From Pecten maximus (taxonomy: Eukaryota), in assembly GCF_902652985.1 (NCBI RefSeq), contig NC_047029.1, positions 22,444,001 to 22,508,000 of the forward strand: DNA of 64,000 bases, given 5' to 3'. The stretch's first letter is position 1; each line of letters begins with the position of its first letter. Under the pieces are notes generated by a model, which saw only the letters and a list, made by a program, of their open reading frames with translations, did not search any database and was not told the DNA's origin. The position numbers and the translations under genes are program-made. This document shows positions 1-11,400 of this stretch, piece by piece.

Positions 1-218
1 GAAGGTAGCGAGATCACTGACCGAGTATGTTTATAGAGTTCAGAGTAATTAGTTTTATGTCAACCTGACCAATACTCTTATTGATATATACACATGGTCC
101 ATATAAGATACGTTTATATAATATATAATATTATCTGATATATAATATACATTATATATATTATTACATTATTACATAAATGTGTCAATATCTCCCTGTA
201 CCTGATGATGATCCTTAC

Positions 219-399
219 CTGTGTTTGTTTCTCCGCGTTCCAAGTACGGAGTTAGAAATAACGGTTCTCCAGGATCGACTGCATTCCTTTCCATGTGTGG
301 ATAACGTTGGGGAAACATACCTCGAAGTCCTGACTGATGTGATTTACTGACCAAACTGATCAACAAAATCACCATGCTGGACTTCAGTATAACAGCCAT
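219..399 (-). CDS. CPVL: First coding exon of a CPVL-like (S10) serine carboxypeptidase; gene continues beyond the left edge
   Basis: ATG at 399 gives MAVILKSSMVILLISLVS (signal-peptide-like)...DPGEPLFLTPYLERG, resembling the CPVL N-terminal 'GxPLFLTPYIE.G' segment. Acceptor ttccag at 423-424; donor AG|gtaagg after 219 (phase 1). Only one exon is visible. Confidence 0.7.
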
Positions 400-981
400 A
401 TTTATAAAGGTAATTAGAATTTCTGGAAAAAACAAATCAGAATTTATTTTTTTTTTAGATATTTTAAGTTTTTAGTTAAAAATTCAAATGTGTAAAATTC
501 CAAAATATTTTGGAATATTGGATGAGGAGGAATCTACAAAGACAAATTGTATTATCTGATTAATATCCATGGAGTGCTTATAATTACTGATAAATAAATT
601 CAGATTGTGATAACAAACTCCAAACGTCAAAATCTAAGACATATGTAGCTGTCAGTGGCCGTTTTTTTCTTTATCAGTATAAAGATGGAAGATACATATA
701 TGCACAATTTGGGATCATTTGAAATTTAATATTTGATAAAGATCTATTACTTTCTGAGGTAAAAACTGAAACAACTGTCAAAAATGAAGATGTCTTGTTG
801 TCTTGTTGCTGTTAATTCAGTTTCAAAATAGAACATGAACAAACAAATATAAGATCCATGGAGAACATAAATGCTCTTCAAATAATTTTAAAAAGATCTG
901 AAATGTCTCAAGAAATTGCTCATATAGCAATTAATGGGTGGATACAGCATGCAGATGGCCCAAGCAGTAGATCATGAAATA

Positions 982-1460
982 AATAGAGGTTACACAACGA
1001 GTGGTTGGTGGATATGGAATTTATTTCACACGAGTAAGTTATTTTTTAAAAGTTACAAAAGACACAAGCTTTAGCGAGTGTTTTTTGCAACTTTTACAAA
1101 ATAACTTACGAGCATGAAATAAATTCCATATCCAACAATTTCGAGTCGTGTGACCTGTTTCTACCACAATAATATCGGCTTGAATCAAAGGGAAACGTGG
1201 CCAAGTATAATATTTCGCGTATGCAAATAAAGTGTACCGGTGACGTCCGGGACCCGGTGATGTGACGTCATTAGATTATTGATGACGTCAATAACAATTG
1301 CAGCTTGGGTCAAAGTTCACCGTGTTAGCCAATCGAAATGCGTACAGAGTTTATACCATGTGTGGTATAAACAGATTGTTAATCAACAGCTGTAATGATT
1401 AACTGATGGTCTGAGAGTTGAATAACACAGGGTATTGTGGTAGAAACAGGTGTTCAGCAC
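982..1460. mobile_element. Non-autonomous repeat with a long internal hairpin (tentatively Crypton-like)
   Basis: ggatatggaatttatttca..gtaagttatttt (~1010-1046) pairs with aaaataacttac..tgaaataaattccatatcc (~1098-1133). Similar architecture at 25580-26000 and 33130-33410. Family assignment is inference. Confidence 0.5.
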
Positions 1461-1715
1461 GCTCATTAGTCAAAGATTGATAATGACACCATGTTACACC
1501 TGGTTATTTTTATATTACTTGTTGTGCTATGTATGTTGATCGTTTTCCACATTGTGTTTTGATGTTTGTGTCTGTGTACGGTACTCGTTCTGTGATTATT
1601 GCGTTGTGCGTATCCTACGTTGTGTGTAATGTAGTCTTGTAGGTGTTATTCGTGAGTGTCTGGAGAGTATGTTCGTGTGACGTATGTACATTAGGTGTAA
1701 AAGGAAGAGAGTAGT

Positions 1716-1810
1716 GTGCCTCCACCAGGGATCGAACCAGCCACCCTCGGCTTACTGGTCCGCGGCTCTACCGACTGAGAGGGAAATTCCCCCCCAGCGC
1801 GAAGCTAGAA
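1716..1810 (-). mobile_element. tRNA-derived SINE fragment
   Basis: Minus strand ctcagtcggtagagc...ggttcgatccctggtggaggcac carries Pol III A/B boxes. A more decayed relative lies at ~2330-2415. Confidence 0.6.
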
Positions 1811-2200
1811 GACTACTGTATCACTATGTACAATTAAAACCTGCCACATAGGTGCGAAACAGGTTTGACCACTGACAGACAACACAGGACATGCTCATTG
1901 GGTTTTTCTCTTTCTTTTTTGCTATTGTACTTTTGCCGCCGTTTGGTAGATCTACTTTGACCATCAAGCAATTTTGCATGCACCTTTGAATGAACTGTGA
2001 TTTAAATAGTCCATAGAGCCCTTGCATGAATTCCAAACCTATACTGTCCTTATATATGTAATAGGAAGGAAAAATGAAAAATACCCTGCTCTACTCCTAT
2101 ACATATAAGGTCTTAATCCACCTGATTACATTGATGGATATTACATGACAGCCTGTCAAATGTTTCCTATCGTGTTAACCTCTAATATCATTGGAGTAAC

Positions 2201-2309
2201 CACAGGTGCCTGACTCGTTTTATAAAATAATAACATATAGAGTACATATAAATGAGATTTATATGTACTCTATATGTTATTATTTTATAAAACGAGTCAG
2301 GCACCTGTG
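2201..2309. mobile_element. Palindromic MITE, CACAGG termini, 7-bp TSD (P/Galileo-like)
   Basis: Near-perfect fold-back cacaggtgcctgactcg...cgagtcaggcacctgtg. TSD gagtaac at 2194-2200 and 2310-2316. Second copy at 54367-54492. Confidence 0.85.
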
Positions 2310-3729
2310 GAGTAACGTTAACCCTGCATGCATAGGCTTCGAACTAGCCACCTTTCGCTCTCATTGCAAATATCCTTTCACTAGGCTAAAGGGAAATTCC
2401 CTCTAGTTTGAGCTAGGGGATCTTATTCTCTCTACTTTTACGTAATCATGATTTATGGATAGTGGATTGGGAATTTGTGTGAAGTCCCTGTGAAACCGAC
2501 CAGATCAGTACCAAAGAGAAGTCAGGTCCTACATTTTGACCATTCCCTCTAGATCTGAATCAAGTATTTAGTATTTATCACAGCCTAATCGTACATTTAA
2601 AAAGCGCTTTATAATCGATTCCAATGTTGTATCGGTGCATAAATAGACATTGAATGATGTTACAAATTAAAATTAGACAATTCCATTACTTTAGTTCCTG
2701 ACCCCAAGTACCTGTGACATGAACGTACTTCTGGGCACGAACGTCCGAGTGCCCATGTAAATGCCACTTTCTATGTATTATATTAAGAATCTATCGAACC
2801 GAGATGATACACTTTTCATTGTTAGTAGACTGCATACATACCATTCAACGACAACAGCAACGGAGGCGAAACTAAACCACATGACTTACATGTGACTATA
2901 TAGGTATGATACTAATTACAGCGGGTGAGGAAAAAAAACCGGAATGCACTCAGGCGTGAAGAGATTTTTCATAATATTTTGTATTTATTAGGTCATATCT
3001 CCGTTATTACTGAATGGATTTTTGTTCGGACACCAGCAGTAAAAGGGTTGATTTATCCACTTTAAAATGGTATAAGTTATATTTAACAGTATCAAAAATT
3101 GGAAGTGAAAGTGGTGGCCGGAATGAACCCATATGGAATAAAAATGTCGATATTTACAACTGTTTTCGTTATAATAAATACCCATATCTCAAATAATACT
3201 GAACAGATTTTTGTTTGGGAACCATCAACAAACGAAGAATGTATTACCCTTTCACATGGTATAAACTGTTTGAATACATGTTCGATATTAATCGCAAGAG
3301 TGGTGGCCGGAATGAATTGAGGTGGTGTGAAAAAATAGCGAAATCGTCAAAGTTGCATGTAAATTTCCATCTTTATTGGCCCATAACTCTTTTATTACCG
3401 AACCGATTTCTGTTCGAGACATACTCTAGACAAGATAATTTTATATGCTTTAAACTGATATAATTTTTATTGATATTCATTACAAATTCGGTGCAAAAGT
3501 GGTGGCCGGAATGAACCTAGGTGAAATGTATTCAACCACAGGGACACGTTACAATAGTAATGTATACCCACAGCAGCGCCGATTAATGTTGAAAATGCAG
3601 CCTTCTAATACCAATGGTATAAATTTAGAAAATAAAACAGTCAAAACTTGAAATGAAGCTATGTTGTGCCATTCATTGACAATGAACTACAAACGGCGAA
3701 TCTGTTTTTTTGTGGGTTTTTTCTTGCAG

Positions 3730-3765
3730 CAGAGACCTATATACTATAGTATATATAGGTCTCTG
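3730..3765. mobile_element. 36-bp palindromic micro-element or footprint with 7-bp TSD
   Basis: cagagacctatata...tatataggtctctg flanked by cttgcag at 3723-3729 and 3766-3772. Confidence 0.75.
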
Positions 3766-4508
3766 CTTGCAGTAATTATGAAATTGATGAATTTGAATCG
3801 ATGGTGATATAAATGATATTGTTGTTCAATTTGCACTTTCTATTGCTATGGATCCTAGTTTAGAGTGGTCTCTGGTCATTAATTTTATAATTTTACAATT
3901 ATTTCTATATCTTAAATCAGTGCATTGACGCCGAAAAAAATAATTTGACGATTGATTTTTGCATGCCGCTCGTCAATTTGACGTTTGCTGCATGTAAGTC
4001 TTGTGTTTTGTCCAATATACAGACTCACCAATGTATATGTTAGCTTTGGTCATTGACACTAATTGGCCCCAAGGGGTTAATTAGAAGAGTCGTGACAAAG
4101 TCAAATTGGGTCACAGGTGAAGTCTCCAATTACCAACTTTACCTAAAGTGAAATTATGTTATTTGCAACGTAGATATATTTGCTAAAAAACAGTATATTT
4201 TTAATCATAATTTTGTATTAAATCAGTTCATGTGGAATTTGCATAATGAGGATGTTGGAATTAAAAAACATGTAAAAGAGCTATTTTGTAACATGTATAT
4301 AAAAATAAGATTCTTAAAAGTTAAATTATTACACCATTGCCAGCTCCCGGTATTCTCAGATTCAGATTCTTTTATTTCCTTGTGTAACAAGACACATTGG
4401 AGAGTAGACATATACAATAATACAATAGTACAGATAGCGATGGACAATCATACCAATCAACAATTTATGTATATATATTTTTATATAGAAGAACACATTA
4501 CATGGTAT

Positions 4509-4539
4509 CAGAAACTTATATTTAGTATATAGGTCTCTG
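4509..4539. mobile_element. 31-bp palindromic micro-element or footprint with 7-bp TSD
   Basis: cagaaacttata...tataggtctctg flanked by atggtat at 4502-4508 and 4540-4546. Confidence 0.7.
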
Positions 4540-6177
4540 ATGGTATATCATTAGATAATAGCAGAATGCAATACATTTACTTAAATGATGTCATTCATAT
4601 TAAATGATAATCACAGTGTTTATACACATGTACTTAAACATTCATTACATTGACCACTATATTTTCAAAATTTTTAAAAAGAAATTCTTCATACAAATCC
4701 TCGATAAAAGCCCCAGGATAAAATCTATATGAACACTGACATATTTATTAAGTATAAATAATATTCATATACATTTATCATAAATGCATAATAAAGTAAT
4801 ACAGTATACAATATGTTTCATTATAAATACAAGCATGAAATACTAGTACTATAGAAACGGTAAATAGTGTCACTGCCTACTTTATTTATATACACATACG
4901 ATTTTTACATATTTATTCATATTGCATTCATGTAGCTTTATAGGGACCACTGATTTGTAGACAGACAGTACAGCGATATATACTTTATATCATATAATTA
5001 TATAATCTCAACCATTCGACATGTCTTTTAAACTGATATACAGCTCTGATGTGTCTGTATCAACCTTAAAAATTATATATGATTATTTCGGCCTCATAAC
5101 TCCGTCCCCCAATTTGTTCGCAATTTCATGACATTGACATAGAAAACAGATAAATAACACATAAATAAATATTATAGAGGCATCGACCAAGCCATATAAG
5201 TAACTATAAGTAATATATATCATATACGAAATTTATATTATATGCGAGACCGTCAAAGGCTCGTTGTTTTTAACAGTGAAAACATCCAACGATGAAATCA
5301 ACACCGCACAACGATAGATTAGTTATTGCTGAACATGCAATATATCCACCTATATATATACATGGTGCTGGATTGCCGTGGCCTGTTTTAAGAGCTCTCT
5401 CTCATCCTCTTGGAAGTGGTGGATTTCACAAATAAATATACGCAACTGAAACGTTTGTCCAATGGTGAGATAGGATTTTGCGCCTTAAACATTTGTCTTA
5501 CTGCCTCAATTGTTTTCCTCCAGGGGTTTAACACCGTTATAAATTTCACATCCCAGAAAAATTCAATTATAAAACAAAATCTACACCCTCTGCATACATA
5601 TCTCCTCCCAATATCTCAATAAAAATATTTGTAATTTAATGCATTGTAGCATCTGTCATCACGCTTTCATTCATTTCTTCGTATTTCTCAACAGTCTTCA
5701 AGCTGTTTCTAGAAGTCGAATAGTTTTTCCGATAAGAACCAAAACTTTAAGTTTGTCCGGACAACTCCTCCTAAACCGAAGGGCCGATTTCAATGAAACG
5801 TCACACACATATAGAGGACCATGTGTAGATGTGCATCTTACTTTTGACATCACCGAATATCTTCAATCAGAATGGCATGCCAATACTTACATTGTAGATG
5901 ATTTTGTAAAGGACCTTGTACTTGACTTGTTGTTGTATTAGAAAATTGCTCATACCCAGTGATATCTAGAAATGTACTAATAAAATGTAATTATAGTATG
6001 TTAATGAATATAATTAAAAACAAAAAACAAAAACAAAAAAAACATTAGGGTCATTTGATGTGAATTCTTGTATTTCAATCAGAATTCTATTGTAATGGCT
6101 GCCATGTTTTTTTTTGGTATACATCATAGAATCTCCAAGACAACTGTAATTGAAGAATGTCAGGCCTCTCAGAAGAA

Positions 6178-6612
6178 TCATGACAACATCATGACAAAAC
6201 ATGACAAAAATGACAAAACATGACAAAAACATGACAAAACATGACAACATAACAAAATCATAACAAAACATGACATGATCATGACAAAACAGGACAAATC
6301 ATGACAAAACAGGACAAAAATGACAAAATCATGACAAAACAGGACAAAATCATGACAAAAATGACAAAACATGACAAAATCATGACAAAACATGACAAAA
6401 TCATGACAAAACATGACAAAATGATGACAAAACATGACAAAACATGACAAAAGCATGACAAAATGACAAATCATGACAAAAACATGACAAAACATAATAA
6501 AACATGACAAAACATAATAAAACATGACAAAATAACAAAATAATTACAAAACATGACAAAATCATGACAAAACATGACAAAATGACAAATAATGACAAAA
6601 TAATGACAAATA
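6178..6612. repeat. Minisatellite (ATGACAAAAC-like, 9-12 bp units)
   Basis: Direct inspection. It accounts for the repetitive ORFs at 6014-6703. Confidence 0.95.
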
Positions 6613-6765
6613 ACGTCATGAAATCCAACCCGGCTAGCCATTTACATACTATACTAGCATACCGAATGTCAATAACGGCATGAAATCCTACCCGGCTAGC
6701 CATCTACATACTATACTAGCATACCGAAAGTCAATAACGTCATGAAATCCAACCCGGCGAGCCAT
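6610..6765. repeat. ~62-bp tandem repeat, ~2.5 copies
   Basis: aataacgtcatgaaatccaacccggctagccat... recurs at ~6610, ~6671 and ~6733. Confidence 0.85.
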
Positions 6766-6895
6766 AAATCATCAACAACAGATATTGAAAGAAGATGTCC
6801 AAAAGAACCTAAAAGATAAAATCTCAAGAATATACAGTTAAAGAAAGGTATGTCACTTCTGTATTTGAAAACCAAGATACAGGGGAGAGAATTGA

Positions 6896-7011
6896 TGACT
6901 CCTATGGGGAATTTGTTTCTTCCAGAATGCCTCATTCAAGATGGCTGCCAACATTGGCAGCCATCTTGAATGAGGCATTCTGGGAGGAGAGAAAAATACC
7001 CCATAGAGTCA
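6896..7011. repeat. Imperfect palindrome (MITE-like hairpin)
   Basis: tgactcctatgggg..ccagaatgcctcattcaagatggctgcc pairs with ggcagccatcttgaatgaggcattctgg..ccccatagagtca. Confidence 0.75.
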
Positions 7012-7021
7012 GCACATCTCT

Positions 7022-7503
7022 CGACATATTCCAGGGGTGTAGAGAGTGATTTAGTGGACGTAACCCTGGAGTACCGAGGATGGACATATTCCAGGGGTGT
7101 AGAGAGTGATTTAGTGGACGTAACCCTGGAGTACCAAGGATGGACATATTCCAGGGGTGTAGAGAGTGATTTGACTCAAACCCCTGGAGTACCAAGGATG
7201 GACATATTCCAGGGGTGTAGAGAGTGATTTGACCCAAACCCCTGGAGTACCAAGGTGGACATATTCAAGGGATGTAGAGAGTGATTTAGTGGACGTAACC
7301 CTGGAGTACCAAGGTGGACATATTCAAGGGATGTAGAGAGTGATTTAGTGGACGTAACCCTGGAGTACCAAGGATGGACATATCCCAGGGGTGTAGAGAA
7401 TGATTTAGTGGACGTAACCCTGGAGTACCAAGGATGGACGTATTCTAGGGGTGTAGCGATCGAGCGATTTATTTGGCCCAACCCCTGGAGAACCAAGGAT
7501 GGA
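7022..7503. repeat. 57-60-bp minisatellite, ~8 copies
   Basis: gacatattccaggggtgtagagagtgatttagtggacgtaaccctggagtaccaaggatg is repeated head-to-tail with no unique spacers. Confidence 0.95.
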
Positions 7504-8489
7504 TTATGTAGTCACATTCGGATTATTTTTTCACATAGGCGGATTATCTCAGTCAGCGAGTTAACCATTATCATCATCATCTGATTAATTGCCTCGCGTT
7601 CTTGATTTCTGTGTTATACCATTTTAGCTGTGGGTCTTTCAAGGAATTTGTCTTTTTAAGATATTTACCATGTCATCTTCTCTGAATGCTCATTCCTTCG
7701 TACTCAGAAGCACAGGTCCTGGCCTCGTCTGTCAATACATCCAATATATAATCTGTGATCAGAAGTAAGGAGACAGGATGTGCGATATTCTTTGTAATGG
7801 CTTATGTAGACAAAGTAGATTCCTCGGTTGACGAGAGTTGGCCAACTTAATCAAAATATCCACTTCATATTGTGTTGGCCTATAACATATAGTGTATCTC
7901 GATGCACCTACTTTCTCTCTACCTTTGCAATATGCAATGACAAACTCGAAGGCTCCTTGCATAACTTCTTGCGAGTAAGTCTAAGTTTTAGAATAACTGA
8001 AATGCTTTTGATAAAGAGCAAAGACATCGCTCCGACAACACAAAGAAAATGTTAACCTACGGAAGCCGCGAGGGGATCTTTTGACTTTCGACATTTGACT
8101 AATGACTTTCGACTTCCTCACGGCTTCCGTATGAACAAGCTTTGATTTAGATCCTCTGTAATCTTCAGCATGGCAATTCGTCATGGATTTCGTGTCTGAA
8201 AAAATGAAATAATCAGCTACACTTAATTCTGTCCTGAAAACGGTAAAGCTCTAACTTAGATTGCAGATTCTTTGAATTTTAAAAACGTCCTATGGTTGAC
8301 AAGTTTTCTGACGTCAAATTTTGTCCATTTCCGAAGCACGGTCTTCTGTTGACTAAGCGAATTATTAAATCAATCGGCCAGCAAAACTATTATCATTTTA
8401 CAACAACCAGGAAATAATTAGTTGAGCTTTTATTTTTTCATTCACTTAAGGTAGTATGTGTGGTCAAATTAAGATGGGCGGAGTCAATA

Positions 8490-11400
8490 TCAAGGTGGGC
8501 GGGGCGACTTGCTCCGGCGTATATTATTGGTTCTTGCACTGCTGAGGGCTGCCTTCTTGGTGATGTTTCGTTTTGCCATGGCGCGGAGCTCCTCGTGGGT
8601 CAAAGGTCGAATATCGCCTTCATCTTGGACTACTATTATATCCGACAGGTCATCGTCATCCCTGTAATTGGAGAACAAATTGGTCATGTAAACACTGTAT
8701 CCTAATACTTGATCTAGAGTTTTTTTTAACTCATAGAAGCTACGTATTTGTTCGTCCTTATAAATAAAACCGCCGAGAAGACTCGCGTGACAGCCGACTG
8801 TGACGTACAGCCAGACACCAAATCCGTGAATTTGTATACCTAAATAGTATTAAAGTATAGTACGTAGATACTTGCTTTATCTTTAACAAATAACGTATAG
8901 AGAAAGTGTATATATCATAATCTTACGCAGAGGCTGGTGTCTGTATAGAGATGGGAGGAGGGATATCAGTTCGGATGAACTGTGTGATTGGCGGGGCTTC
9001 CTGTCCCTTCTTGTCCTTCTTCTCCGGTTTCGGCGGATTTTGCTTTAAGTGAAAAATACAGCAGTTCGTTAATATCTACTAATAAAGCAATGATTATTCA
9101 TTTTCTATAGCGCCCATTCTGCCGTTCGTGGTTTGTATCAAGTTCATTGCGAATTCAAAAATCCTAATTTAAATGCCAAATATTTCAACTTAAGAAGTTT
9201 ATCCAACCTTTTGACTAAAAGTGTATAACAGGAGGCTAAATGAGCCTGTATCGCTCACCTGATCTGCAATTTATACAGCAATGGTTACATTGCAACAGTT
9301 GATTAAGGTCATGGATGGGGAACTCAAATCCATACACTCTAATTCAGTAATTGTTTCATGTAAACTATCATAACCCTTGAATTCGCACCCAGAAACGAAT
9401 ATTTGCATATTTAAGAACATTCGACCTGTGTGACCTTGAAAATAGATCAAGGTCATTCATTTGAACAAGGTTGGTAGCATGAGGCTTTGAACCCAGGATA
9501 GTATTAGTATCCGACCCGGGAGTAGGACCAGTATCTGACCCGGGAGTAGGACCAGTATATGACCGGGGAGTAGGACCAGTATCTGACCCGGAAGTAGGAC
9601 CAGTATCTGACCCGGAAGTGGGACCAGTATCCGACCCGGGAGTAGGACCAGTATCCGACTTGGGAGTAGGACCAGTATCTGACCCGGGAGTAAGACCAGT
9701 ATCTGACCCAGGAGTAAGATTAGTATCTGACCCGGGAGTGAGACCAGTACCTGACCCGGGAGTGAGACCAGTATCTGACCCGAGAATGAGACCAGTATCC
9801 GACCCAGGAGTAGGACCAGTATCTGACCCGGGAGTAGAACCAGTATCTGACCCGGGAGTAGAACCAGTATCCGACCCGGGAGTAGGACCAGTATCTGACC
9901 CGGTAGTAGGACCAGTATCTGACCCGGCAGTAAGACCAGTATCTGACCCGGGAGTATAGGACAAGTTTCTGACCCTGGAGTTAGACCAGTATCTGACCCG
10001 GAAGTAGGACCAGTACCTGTCCCGGGAGTAGAACCAGTATCTGACCCGGGAGAAGAACCAGTATCCGACCCGGGAGTAGGACCAGTATCCGACCGGGGAG
10101 TAGGACCAGTATCTGACCCGGGAGTGAAACAAGTATTTTACCCGGGAGTGAGACCAGTATTTTACCCGGGAGTGAGACCAGTATCTGAGCCGGGGGTGAG
10201 ACCAGTATCTGACCCGGGAGTAAGACCAGTATCTGACCCGGGAGGGAGACCAGTATTTTACCCGGGAGTGAGACAAGTTTCTGACCCTGGAGTTAGACAA
10301 GTATCTGACCCGGAAGTAGGACCAGTATCTGACCCGGGAGTATGACCAGCATCTGACCTGGGAGTATAGGGCCAGTATCTGACCCGGGAGTATGACCAGC
10401 ATCTGACCTGGGAGTATAGGACCAGTATCTGACCTGGGAGTAGGACCAGTATCTGACCCGGGAGTGAGGCCAGTATCCGACCCGGGAGCGAGACCAGTAT
10501 CTGACCCGGGAATGAGGCCAGTATCTGACCCGGGAATGAGACCAGTATCTGACCCGGGAGTGAGACCAGTATCTGACCCGGGAGTGAGACCAGTACCTGA
10601 CCAAGGAGTGAGACCAGTATCCGACCCGGGAGTAGGACCAGTATCCGACCCGGGAGTAGGACCAGTATCTGACCCGGGAGTGAGACCAGTATCTGACCCG
10701 GGAGTAGGACCAGTATCTGACCCTCGAGTATAGGACCCGGGAGTAGGACCAGTATCTGACCTGGGAGTGAGACAAGTATCCGACCCGGGAGTAGGACCAG
10801 TATGTCGGCGTACCTTGAGGTGAAGATACTGCTGTATCTGTAACATCTCCATGGTCCTCTGTTCCATGATGCCCATGTAGTGGAGGATGTTTTTGTCTGA
10901 GATCGCCTCCTCGCTTCCCAACAAAGACTTGATAGTGCTCGGGTCACAGTGAATCGTATCGAACAGTGACGCGACACCACTTCGGAGTTCATCCAGCACG
11001 CCCTTAATGACGTCTATCTTCGTCTGTGCAACCTCAGTTTCGGCAGTCACTCGAGCGGACTTCGACTGCAAAGGTCGATTTGTCAACATTATAACGCATT
11101 TTTAACACATATTTGAAACATATTTCACTATCATAATTTGGACCAAAATGTTCGGTCAGATAAGGTCCATCCCAAAGATGATGAATTAATATTTAGTAAG
11201 ACGCCGAGACGAAACATTAAAATTTCAAGCCCCACCCCAATAACAAAACAATCAGACAGGCTCCTACTCTGCAGTCAAATTATCTAACCTTTGTCAGGCC
11301 AAGCGCTATTCACACCTTTTAAGGCCCCTGTGCTGCACTCAAATAGTATTGCCCTTGTCAGGTCCCTGCGCTGCAGTCTAATACTCTAATCTTTGTCAGA

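Noticed and set aside
5390-5740. Coding-looking minus-strand stretch
   Set aside because: It has several stops and no recognisable family, so a pseudogene call cannot be supported.
7022-7503. CRISPR-like periodicity
   Set aside because: The units are contiguous with no unique spacers, the context is eukaryotic, and there are no cas genes.
6014-7584. Multiple repetitive ORFs
   Set aside because: They are translations of minisatellites in several frames and on both strands, with no splice or homology support.
7759-8200. Short minus-strand ORFs and an acceptor downstream of the CCDC63 stop
   Set aside because: No recognisable protein; possibly 3' UTR or intergenic sequence.
9368-11089. 573-aa ORF as a standalone gene
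   Set aside because: Only 11065-10814 is a CCDC63 exon. The rest is intronic repeat, and downstream exons splice in phase.
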